NCBI GenBank assembly: GCA_043228905.1
Contig: JBHGNT010000004.1
Location: 4,650,001-4,714,000 of the forward strand
Direction: 5' to 3'
DNA from: Azolla caroliniana
Taxonomy: Eukaryota; Plantae; Polypodiophyta
DNA length: 64,000 bases
This document shows positions 1 through 20,981 of this stretch, in pieces; position 1 is the first letter of the stretch, and the number at the start of each line of letters is the position of its first letter. The notes below the pieces were generated by a model. It saw only the letters and a program-made list of their open reading frames with translations, searched no databases and was not told where the DNA came from. The position numbers and the translations under genes were made by a program.

Positions 1-372
1 TTACACAATATCTACACTAGATACATCAAATTCCAATGAGAGGAGATTCTCTTTCTCTGCACATTATTGATGAATTCTGATTTGATGTAAGATAGTCATT
101 CGTGAGAAAGATGTTTCTGTGTATGGATCAAGGGTATAAAGAATGAGTGTCGTGACAAGAGCAACACGATAATGGTTGAGTGCCTTTGAGGCTGCAAATG
201 ATTTCAACCAATGAACAGTTTGCTGATAATGGTTAATATTGTTCTCTTCCATGTGTGTGGACGCCTAGCTGATGTGCAAATGTGACAGCCCACAAACATT
301 TTTTAAAATGTAATGATATGGTGATCTTCCATAATTGTTGCACATTTCCTGAACAATTCATGCAATCTCCAG

Positions 373-9227
<8,855 letters not shown>

Positions 9228-12200
9228 GATATTGTCAATTTTGCAACCCCATATGGAACAGATACCATACACACATATAATGCTACGATGGTGGGATCTA
9301 TACTTACTTTCTCGTCTGCATGTTGTCCAGTTTTCTGTAAATTGCAAGACTAGAATGCAGTCTTGCCAAATGTTCCAAATAAGGGCCATATTTGTCATTC
9401 AAAGATAACATCCTCTGTAAGCATGTGAAGAATGAACATATTGAACGCTGAATCTATACATGCAAGCACCTGTATATACTTGCTCTGAATTGAGAAGTTG
9501 ATTTTAATAATGCAGAATGAGTCGAGTCACTTTCTGAACCCTCAAGTCTTTCTAACATGCTCTTGTGTGAATTTAATATATATTGGAAGATGAATGCCTA
9601 GTCTGATTTTTTTTATTCATTTGGATATACACGTAGACTGTTTCTGTCGTAAACTAAGATGATAGGATATTATACCTATATTTGTTTCTCCTAGACTTGT
9701 AATTAGAGAGTCAATATGTCTCCGCAGTTGGTACTAACATGTTTTTTTTCTCCTAGACCAGGTATTTAAATTTATACAAACAAGGTAACATGTCAAGACA
9801 TTGTTGATGGTGACAAAACACGTCAAGAACATCCTGATGGTTCCAAAACATAGATCTTGGGATGCTGTCCCCTCACTGTATGCAGATGTGTTTCCTCTAT
9901 CATAATTTTGTAACCTTTGCATACTTCAAATGGCATGGTTAGTGTGTTGAGAGCATTCATGCGAAACCTCTTTCAGATTTGGTTTGAGAAACTCTCATGC
10001 TTGTGTGTTTCATAAATCACTACATAGTTGGCCAAAATCAACAAATTGAGATAAATAGAAAGATTTTATTGTAGGCTTTAGAGGACAAAAAGGACCTATT
10101 GAGAAATATATAACTTGTTCACATTATACATGCGAAAGTGAGTAACAACTCGCTCAAAAGCTTTTCTAATCAATGTTGCAATTGAGAGTGCACATTGTGA
10201 ATGTGAGAGGAATTCATTGTTGTGGTTTGTGCCCCTCCTTATGGGAGAAGAGGGCCAAATGGCCGAAAATAGCCGAAAGGTCACAAGTATATATATATAT
10301 ACATATGTGTGAAAATGAGTTAGGTTTTTTAACAAAGAAAGCGGTAGATAGGAGAGGACAACAATGAGAGCAGTTAGAGAGAGTCTTCAGAAGACGATCT
10401 GCAGGTGTAGTGGCATCGTTGTCTCTGAGTGGGCAACTCTTCTAGTCAGGTTCTACTATTTTGTTTTCTTATGGTCTTGCTACCAAGGTTGTAGCCTTGA
10501 TGCTTGAATATTCTGTTAGCGATATTCGGAGTGTTTGTAATCACATGTACACTCAGTTATAGTGAAAAGTTTTGTATCCTAAGGGGTTCGTGGGTTTTCC
10601 ACATAAAAATCTCGTGTGTTCTGTTGTATCCTGGTTTGTTGTTTTATTTATTATTGTTTGTTAGTTTGCCCATCAGATCCTATCATTGTTTATGGACAAT
10701 GTTTATGTGTATTTTGGGTCGATTCCAATCCCTAGTATATCAAATTGATATCAAACTGATAAGTTCCAATGGATGGGAAGAACAATAGTTTTTAGGGAAT
10801 GATTGTGTTGAACTCAGAAAATTACTCTGACTGGAAAATCAAGATGGAGGATCTCTTGATTGTGAGGGAGCCGATTGATAGAAGAGAAATACCAACTGGG
10901 GTAGTTGAATCTGAGTGGAGAATCCTTCATAGAAAGGTTGTAGCAACCATAAGACAATTTGTTTATGTGAGTATACTCCAACATGTGGAAAATGACATGA
11001 ATGCCTATGAGGTGTGGCATAAGCTTGCTGCCATGTATTAGAGGAAGAATGCCCTCAACAAGGCATCATTGATGACAAAATCGGTGAGGTTGAAGTACTT
11101 AGATGGTGAGAGCATTGTGGCGCACACCAGTACATTCATGGGTTTGATGAACAAATTAGCCTCAACCAAGATGCCACTAGATGATGAGTTGCAAGCCTTG
11201 TTGCTTCTTTCATATCTACCGGATAGTTGGGAAACCCTCGTCGTGTCATTAAATAACTATTGTCAAGAAGACAAGTTGTCTTTAGAGTTAGTAAAGGCAA
11301 GCCTTATGAATGAAGAGACGAGAAGAAAAGAAATGGGCCCCATGTCTCAATCAGAAGCAAATATGGCACAAGATCCTAGTAGAGGAAGGATAAGCAAAGG
11401 GGTTCTTAGAACCTTGACAAGTCCAAAGGGAGGTCAAAGTCTAGAGGAAAACTCACATGTTTCTATTGTGGGAAACTGGGCCATTTCCAAAAGAATTGCT
11501 GACATTTCAAGAGGGACAAGGGAAATGGTAATAATATAGATCAGAGACAAACTTCAAATGAGAAAAGTACCTTAGCCATTGCAAATAGTAAGGAGGAATT
11601 GTTGTTCATTAGTGAACGAGCATATGTGAACCTTGCTAGTGATGAGTGCACTTGGGTTGTTGACTCTAGTGCATCTTTTCACTTGACTCCTAAGAAACAA
11701 TACTTCTTGTGATTATGGCTATGTTAAGATGGGGAATGATGGCTCGTGCAAGATTGTTGGCATGGGAAATGTTTGTTTGATGACATCGACTGGTTGCAGA
11801 ATGGTATTGAGAGATGTACGCCATGTTCCTAATGTCAGATTGAATCTAATATCTTCAGGATGAATTGAGGATGAAGGATATAATGGTTCCTTTCAGAATG
11901 ATGTATGGAAGTTTTCCAAGGGAAGTCTATTAGTTGCTCGAGCACAAAAACAGAATACATTGTATGTGACGCAAGCAAAATTGTGCACAGAAGAAGCCAA
12001 TGTGGTGGCCAACTCAACTGGTGAGTTATGGCACAAGAGTCTCGGTCACATAAGTGAGAGGGAACTATAGATGTTGGCTAAGAAGGATAGCCTCCATGAA
12101 GTGAAAGGTGTAAATCTGGAGCATTGTGTTGATTGCTCAGCCGAAAACAAAATAGAGCATTGTTTTACTCTGGACCTCCAATGAGAAGAAGACATGCAGT

Positions 12201-13570
12201 AGAGTTGGTTCACATTGATGTATGGTATTGGATGCAAAGTCACATCGTGGTGCACAATATTTTGTGACTTTGATTGATGATTACAACAGAAAGTTGTGGG
12301 CCTTTGTGTTGAGAAGCAAAGACCAAGTGATGTTGGTCTTTAAGGAATTTTAGGCCATGATAGAGAGAGAATCCAAACAAAAACTGAAGGCTATTAGGAC
12401 AAATAATGGTGGTGAATACAAGAGATAGTTTGAATAGTATTGCAAGAGTCTTGGGATCAAGCTTGAGTATACAGTGCCCAAAACATCAGAACTGAATGGT
12501 CTTGCAAAGAGGATGAATAGGACCATAGTGGAGAGTGAGAAGCATGTTGTTGTATGATAAAGAGTCGAAATCAATTTGGGCTGAGGCAATTATGACTCGT
12601 GTATCTCATAAACAGATCTCCTTCAATGCCTTTAGATGGTGATGTTCCACAGAGGGGACGGGAAGAGATGTGACCTACAAACATTTGAGGGCCTTTCAGG
12701 ATGCCTAGCATACATTCATGTTGCGAAAGATCAAAGATCGAAGCTAGAAAACTAGTCTAAGCCATGCATTTTCCTTGGGTACTCAAAGGATGAGTTCGAG
12801 TACAAATTGTGGGATTTTCTTGACAAGAAAGTGGTCAGGATTAGAGATATAGTTTTTATGGAAGACAAGACAATTGAAGACTAGAAGCAAAAACAACAAG
12901 TGTCATCTTCCTAGTCGGCTATTGTTATGGATTCCATATTTCCAGACACTAGTCCTGTACACCCAGTTGATGCACAACAGTCAGATGATACTCAACAAAA
13001 AGATGTGCAATATGTAGATAATGATGTTGCGCAACCAAAAATAACTGAAATTGAGCTAATCGCTGAGTTGAGAAGATATCCTCTCAGACAGAGAAAGAGT
13101 TCCTCAAGATATCCAACTAGTGAGTATGTGTTGCTGACTGATGAACCAAGCCGAGAAATCTCTGTGTGTCGATTCGGGTGCTGCATCATTAGCTCCTTCG
13201 ACATAACTCCAATAACCACGCCCGAGTAGGTACGGGTGCATCTTGTATGACCAAGATGCATAGTTGCTTCTATCGAGCTTCTCTATCGGAAGCGAGCTTC
13301 CCATTCCTCTGTCCATGTTCCTATCTTTTCTTTTTCCGAAAACGAAAAAACTTGTCTTTGTCTTGTTCACTTACTTTTCTGTTGGCTGCAAAGGAGTCTC
13401 AACCCTCACACTCTGATACCATGTAAAAAGATTCGTGTGCGAAAGCGTATGCGAAAGACACCGAGTACGCAGTCGGTTATTCGGAAACTTGATAGTTATG
13501 TAAACACAAAAGATATGAGAGAGAGAGAGAGAGCGCAGACAACAAAACTTGTATTAAACAATAATCAACA

Positions 13571-16500
13571 ACACCGGGACATTTGAAACAGGTAATATGT
13601 CGCATTTTGAGAACTGTCCATCAAAAAATGACACAAATTAGGGTGATTCACAAAAAGGGGTGCCACATGCGTAAAGGAATTTTAAAAATGACCCAAAAAT
13701 ATATTGATTTTTAACATGTACGGAAATTTAGGTGTTCAAAAAAATGCCTAAATAATGGACATGCCAAACTTACAAATGAATGTCCAAAATGACTAACCCC
13801 AATATTTATAGAAATTCTGAATCCAAATCTTGATGTGTAATACAATATTTATAGTTAACGTATCAGGACAATCATTTTTCAAGTTTATGTCATCATCTTC
13901 ATACCCATTACATGAACTAGTACGAGTTTATGAGGTCTCATCCTCATCATCAATGGCAACTAATGCATTGTGTTGATCCAATTGCAATCCAACCTCATCG
14001 AGTTTATGAGTCATGCTTCTTGTTTGTCTTTGTGTTGTGTCTGAAGCCACATTCCAGATCCTCTTTTAGTATCTTCATTGTGGTCTGTCACAGATAACTT
14101 GTTTTGGTCAAAGATAAGTCATACACTAATATATAAACATTATCCAATGTAAGAGTAGATGTGCTTGATGCATCTTTCCTCCTCACTTTTTGGTTATGAT
14201 ATTTCATTATGTACTTTCCATTTACAAGTTTAGATTATGTGAGAGAAGCTTTCTACCAAAATCATTAGAATCTAAAAAATGTCTTAAAGATGTTTTCCAT
14301 TTTTCTTAGATACTCATAGTAAGCCTTTGATGTCGTACAGAAATCCGATTCATTCCATCTAGATTTGACGCAACATGTCGAATTTTACTCTATACATCTA
14401 GAATTGGATATAATGCATCAGATTCCTGTAAGTCTTGGAATTTTTTTAAAAATTTCCATTAAAAAAATACTCTTGAATTTTAATGCATTGCATTGAATTC
14501 TAGCTACATAGACTAAAATATGATACATTGCATGGATTTCCCAAAAATACATAAATAAATACAAATTGAAAAAATAAAACATTTTCCCATAAATAAATAA
14601 ATAAACATTTTTTATTTTACTCGTAAATAAATAAATAAAAATTGAAAAATTAGATTTCAATGGAAATCCAATTCCGTGCATTGGATTCAATTGAAAATCC
14701 AATTTCTCTTATTTTTTTTGAAAATTTTCTTATTTTTTGAATTGTTTTTGAATTTGTTTTTATTTTTCCCATAAAAAAATAAATAAAAATTGAAAAAATG
14801 GATTTTCAACGGAAATCCGATGCACTGCATCGGATTTTGGTTGAAAGTCCACTTTTACGTATTTTTTTCCAAATTTGCTTTTTTTTTTGAATTTTTTTGA
14901 ATTGTTTTGAATTTTTTTGAATTTTTTCTATAAAAAATAAATAAATATTGAAAAAATAGATTTTCAATGGAAATCCGATGCACTGCATCGGATTTCCGTA
15001 GAAAATCCACTTCTTCTTATTTTTTTCCAAATTTTCATAGTTTTTAGAATTTTTTTGGTATTTTGTTTGTCTATTTTCTCATAAATAACTATATAGAAAT
15101 TGAAAAAATGAATTTTCAAAGTTGAAAGTCCACTTTTTGCTATTTGTTACCAAATTTTCATATTTTAAAATATTTTTTTGTATTTTTTAAATTCTTTTTC
15201 ATTTTTTCCCATAAATAAATAAATAAAAATTGCAAATAATGGGTTTTCAACAGAAATCCGATGCACTACATCGGATTTCTATTGAAAATCCATTTTGTCT
15301 TATTTGTTTCCAAATTTTCAGATATTTTGAATTTGTTTTTGTATTTGTTTTGAATTGTTTTTGTTTTTATCATAAATAAATATATAGGAATTGAAAAAAA
15401 TGGATTTTCAACGGAAATCCGATGCATTGCATCGGATTTCCATTGAAAGTCCACTTTTTCTTGTTTGTTTACAAATTTTCTTATTTGTTTATATTTTTCT
15501 CTAAAAAAGTGTTAAAAATAAACAAATTGTGATTTTCTCCATTTAAAATGATGTTTTTTCAACGGGAATCCGATGCAGTGCATCGGATTCCCGTTGAAAA
15601 TAGATCATTTTCAACAGGATTTTCAATGGAAACTGCATCGGATTTCCGTTCAAAATCACTGAGTTTCAACAGAAATCCGATGCATTCCGTTGAAAGTCCA
15701 ATATTTTTCTTATGTTTTTTCATAAAACATTAATTTGCAATTGAAATTCGACTCAATGGTTCAGATTTTGTTGAAAATGTAATATTTTTTTATTATCTCA
15801 TTGTTTTATGAAAAACCTAAAAGAAATTTGGGTTTTTAATTGAAATTTGATGTAGTGCATTAGATTTCAGTTGAAAATCCACTTTTTTAATATATTTTTA
15901 TTTAATTTTTGAAAAAATGAAAAACAATTGAAAAGAAAGAGGATTGCCAGCTAAAATCTTATGCAATGCATCAATGTCTAGCTGTATAGACTACGATCTG
16001 ATGTAGTGTATCGGATTTCAGTTGAAAAGCCGTTTATTATTTTTTTATATGGAAAATAAATAAATAAATAACATTGGAAAAAGAAAAAAGAAAAATGGAT
16101 TTTCGACTCTAATCCAACGCATTGCATTAGATTCTAGCTATATATACTAAAATATAATGTAGTGCATAGTATTTTAGCTGAAAATCCATTTTTTATTTTT
16201 TAATGGAAAATTTTTTAAAAATTACAAAAAAAAAACTTGGATTTTCCACTGAAATCTAGTGCATCGCATTGGATTCCAATTAAAAATCCAAGATTTTTTA
16301 TTTTTTCAAATTTTATTGTTTCAAATTTTCAATGGGTTTTAGATTAGTTTTCTGACACGGGTATATAATATAAAACTTACATCAATTTAGATTAACGTTA
16401 TATTCTATTCTTCAGTTTGATGTTACCTGTGCAATTTCATTCTATTGTCATGTACTACTAAAACATACACCTTAAAGATTATCAGGAACTCTGTTGCATT

Positions 16501-17470
16501 AGAGAAGGACCTTGAGCAAGTTAATGTCATCAAAATGAGGATCCAAGGTATCTGGGGTTGTCCTGATCAAGACCAAGAAGTTGGGGCAAAGCATATCAAT
16601 AAAACTTAGATGTTCCAGATGACTTTTAGAAAACTTGTGGAACTATAGATGAAGACGCAGGGCAACTTGTTGAATTAGAAGATGTTTCAGAGTCTGAACA
16701 TACTAACAATTCAACTTAGCGTACTGACGAAGCCAATGAGGACAATCCTGATGAAAGAGCTAATCCTGAGTAGACGGCTTTACCAGACTTATTATTCGAT
16801 TGAATGGTTATGGCTTATTGTAAATTTTGAACAATATGAATTGTTAAATTTTGACGTAATATATAAGTTGAGCTTACTTATAATTTTCGTGTAACAATCA
16901 TTGAACTTAGAAATTAAGTATACTTGTATGTGTACATGTTATTTAAACTCTCCTTTATCATTTGGGGTATATCGGAGATAAGTTTATACTCTATCATTTA
17001 CTCGTATGATTGGAATGTTATTGTAGACTAGTTTATTTATACATTGACAGTGTCATGTATCACGTGTCAATGGAAATTTTCTCTTGACATATTAGTATCT
17101 CTTAATTGCAAGGTTCACAATTTGCGTTAAGATGTATTATATTTAAATATACACACATAATTAGAAGAAGTCACTTATTCAATGGGGCATGCTTTTTAGA
17201 ATATGCACAAGGACCTGTGTTACTATTATACTTGTGTTGACAAATACACCCCTGTCTAAGATTTGGACAAAAACATGGTAGATAGAATATACGTCGGATG
17301 ATTTTGTTGATGTGATATTAGTTAGTTCTTTTTTTCGCTATGTTTTCATAAACCACATACACATGCGTCGTGCCTTGTTGAAATTCTGCTTAAATAAGGC
17401 ATTTTTTAACATCTCACTAAGATATGAAAAAGAGAATGCGACATATTACCTGTTTCAAATGACCTGGTGT
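13571..17470. mobile_element. Unclassified TIR DNA transposon (3.9 kb) inserted in the LTR of element B
   Basis: 36-bp TIRs (ACACCGGGACATTTGAAACAGGTAATATGTCGCATT at 13571-13606 and 17435-17470, 34/36 match). TCAACA is duplicated on both sides (13565-13570, 17471-17476). The host LTR sequence resumes after it. Confidence 0.85.
14340..16290. repeat. Array of ~50-bp imperfect palindromes separated by AT-rich spacers
   Basis: Consensus approximately GGATTTTCAACGGAAATCCGATGCA(C/G/T)TGCATCGGATTTCCGTTGAAAATCC. Clear copies at ~14652, 14799, 14959, 15241, 15402, 15556, 15830, 16239, plus degenerate ones. Confidence 0.9.
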
Positions 17471-17731
17471 TCAACACTCTATTCGTACACCGTGCTTAGT
17501 GAGCACTTTTTATACAAGCCCTAGCAAGTGGGCTGGCACAAGTACCATCAGTACTTGAATGCTCATAAATGAGCTTGATACTAATTTTGCCTATAATATT
17601 TTTATTTACTAAAATAGTAATATAGGCCTCCAACGGCCTACCGGAATCCATCCGACTCGGCATACCTGAATCAGCTCTCGACTCTCGGCTTCTTCAACCA
17701 ATTCGGCCCATGTTGAGCTTGTCTCTCAGCA

Positions 17732-20700
17732 CATAAGTATGCAAACTTTGCAAAATATGTTGAGAAAAAATGTAGTGGCTGGACTGCTGAAGTTGAAAGA
17801 CTATGAGATGAGCAAAATATGTGAAGCATGTCAATATGGAAAGCAAAATAGGTTGCTTTTCCCTCATGAAGGACATATAAACAAACATTTGTTAGATTTG
17901 GTACATACAGATGTATGGGGACTGACAAAAAGTGCATCAATTGGTGGCAACAAGTTTTATGTAACATTCATAGATGATTGTTCAAGGAAAACATGAATTT
18001 ACTTCATGAAAGAGAAGAGTGAAGTATTTGAGTGTTTTCGTAAGTTCAAATGCATGGTAGAAAGACATGCTGGAACTAGAACAAAATGTTTAAGGTCTGA
18101 TGGAGGAGGAGAATATTTCTCCAATGAATCCTCTGATTTTCTATGCAATCAAGGAATAAGGAGACAATTCACATGTAGATATACTCCACAACAAAATGGC
18201 GTGGATGAGAGGAAAAATAGAACATTGGTAAACATATCAAGAGCTTTGATGATAGAAAAAAAAATGTCATTGTATTATTGGGCTGAAGTTGTAAATACAA
18301 TAAACTATATTCTAAACAGATGCATAACATCTAGAGTATATGTAGTAACCCCTGAAGAATGTTTCTATGGCAGGAAACCTAGTTTAGATCTTGCTTATGT
18401 TCATGTACTAACTGAAGTAAGAAGTAAGCTTGATCCAAAAGCTGAAAAATGTGTTTTTGTGGGATATTCAGAGGAGCAAAAAGGGTATAGATGTTATAAC
18501 CCTTTGACAAAAAGGATTGTAGTAAGTCGTGATGTAATATTTGATGAGTTGGGCAGTTGGTACAACCCAAAACAGAATGCAGAACTTGATGAAGACAATG
18601 AAAATGAAGACAAAAATAAATTTGAAAATGAAAGGGATTGCCATGAAAATGGAAATAAGGTTGGATAACAAAGTCCAACATCGATAACATGTACTACACC
18701 ATCTGAAAACTCTGGTAGTAAATCTGATTCAAATGCTTGGAGTGGGAAAAATGCAAGACAAAAAATATGATGATAAAATGGGAAAATAGAAGATGCCAGA
18801 ATATGAAATGTTTGATGAAGGATTTAGAAGCATGGAAGATGTAGATTCAAATGTATCATTGGATGAAGAGCTGGGTACACAAGTCTTGAAAGAGCAATGG
18901 AAGATGCAAATCCGAAACAAAGAAGATTAGATAGAGAGAAAAAAATGTTGAAAGATATGGTTATGATACATACATGGCTATGCATTATGCATATATGTCT
19001 AAAGTGGTACAAATCCCTGATCCAAATAGTTTTGATGAAGCAAAACCTGAGAAGAAATGGGTGAATGCAATGCAAGAAGAAATAGATGCATTGGCTAAAA
19101 ATAAAACATGGGATTTGGTAAAATTGCAAAAAGGAAAAAATGTTGTAGGTTGCAAATGGGTCTACAAAACAAAGCATCATTCCAATGGGAATGTAAGTAG
19201 ACATAAAGCAAGACTTGTTGCAAAGGGATATGCTCAAATGCAAGGAATTGATTATGATGAAACATTTGCACCAGTTGCAAAAATGGCAACCTTGAGGACA
19301 GTACTTGCTGTAACTGCAACCAAAAGTTGGTTTCTGCACCATTTGGATGTAAAAAATGCTTTTTTACATGGTAACTTAGAAGAGGAAGTATACATGTGTC
19401 AACCACTAGGGTTTGAAGATAAGAAGCATCCAGAATATGTTTGTAAGCTGAAAAAGGCTCTCTATGGACTGAAACAAGCACTGAGAGCATGACACAAGAA
19501 ACTTTCAGAATCTTTGATAAAAATTGCTTTCAAAATGTCAAAGGCTGATCCATCGTTGTATGTGAAGAAGATGAATGACTGCATAGTTGCTATTTTGATA
19601 TATGTTGATGATTTAATCATCGGAGGTGATTCTATGGATGAAATACGCAAGCTGAAGAAAAATCTGGAAATGCAATTTCATATGAAGGATTTGGGAGAGT
19701 TGAAATATTTTCTTGGTATCAAGATAATTATATCTGAAACAGGAATATATATGCTGCAAAAACAGTATGTTACAATTGTGCAGAAGAAATATGGTATGCT
19801 TGGATGCTAATCGATTGATGTACCATTGGATTAGAATTGCAAATTGGGGGCTGATTTGGGAGCCAAAATAGCTAATGTGAACATGTACAGATCCACGGTG
19901 GGCAGCCTCATATACTTGACTATAACAAGACCTGATTTAAGTTATGTAGTTGGATTAGTCAGCCAGTTTATGTAGCAGCCAACAAAGCCACATTTGGATT
20001 GGATTAGAGGAATTTTGAGGTATGTAAAAGCTACTCAAAACTATGGACTGTTTATAGGGCTGATCTGGACATAAGGTTAGAAGGATATACATATGCTGAT
20101 TGGGCTAGAAGCCAAACTGATAGAAGATCCACGAGTGGATATTATGTTTACATTGGGAAGTGCAACTATTTCATGAAGTAGCAAGAAACAAGCTACTGTT
20201 ACATTATCAAGTACTGAAGCTGAATATAGAGGAGCTGCAATAGCTACATGTGAAGAAGTATGGATTAGAAGATTTCTTGCTGATTTGGGAGAGTATATAG
20301 ATGGTGTAGTCACAATTTGGTGTGACAATATGAGTAGTATTCAACTCGCAAAAAACCCAGTGTTCCATGCAAGAACAAAGCACATTGAAGTGCATTATCA
20401 CTTTGTTAGAGAAAAAGTGATTGATGGTGAAGTAGATCTGTTGTATGTGAGTACAAATTAGTAAGTGGCAGACATTCTTACGAAGGGACTAAGCATAGAA
20501 AAACATACACAGTTGAGGGACATGATGGGAGTTCTATGATAGCTGGAAATCATGACAGAAAAGAAGATTGAAGATGATCTCAATGATGGATAAGTTGAGC
20601 TTGAGGGGAAGTGTTAAGAAACAAGCTCAACAAAAGCAATGTGATGCTTATTGGTAACTGAGATCTTCTATAGTAGCTATTAGGAAATTAGCTACCGTTA

Positions 20701-20981
20701 GACAATATAGGTAAAATAGCTACTCACATCTATTTAGCTATTCACAACTAAATAAGTGAATATGTAAGTCACTAACAACACTTCTGTAAAAACAAAAAGA
20801 GTGAGTAGAAAAGTAAGTAGATAGACGAGAGAGGTTTTTTGCTAAGTAATGAAACTAAAGGGTTTTGGGTTGCTAGAGATGTGAGTCTCCTTTACCCTTT
20901 CCTTCTCTCTTGAACCCTAAACGATCTTGCACATCACGTGTTCGCTATTGCACTAAGAAGAGTTGTAGAGCCTTCTTAACA
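17732..20981 (+). mobile_element. Copia element C, 3' portion (integrase-RT-RNase H remnant plus 3' LTR 20612-20981)
   Basis: ORF fragments [49 protein letters not shown] and NPVFHARTKHIEVHYHF with many stops. PPT gaggggaag at ~20603-20611. LTR is bounded by TGTTAAGAA...TTCTTAACA. Confidence 0.9.

Larger units (their letters stand above)
13146..17731 (-). mobile_element. Copia element B, 5' fragment (LTR 13422-17731 interrupted by a TIR element, PBS, gag start)
   Basis: PBS TGGTATCAGAG (tRNA-iMet) on the minus strand at 13411-13421. Gag start MGSSLPIEKLDRSNYASWSYKMH. LTR is homologous to the element D LTR (ggcccatgttgagcttg..ctcagca end). Confidence 0.85.

Noticed and set aside
14340-16290. 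CRISPR, REP or attC interpretation of the palindrome array
   Set aside because: Spacers are low-complexity, mutually related A/T tracts of ~100 bp, no cas or integrase gene is present, and the context is plant nuclear DNA.
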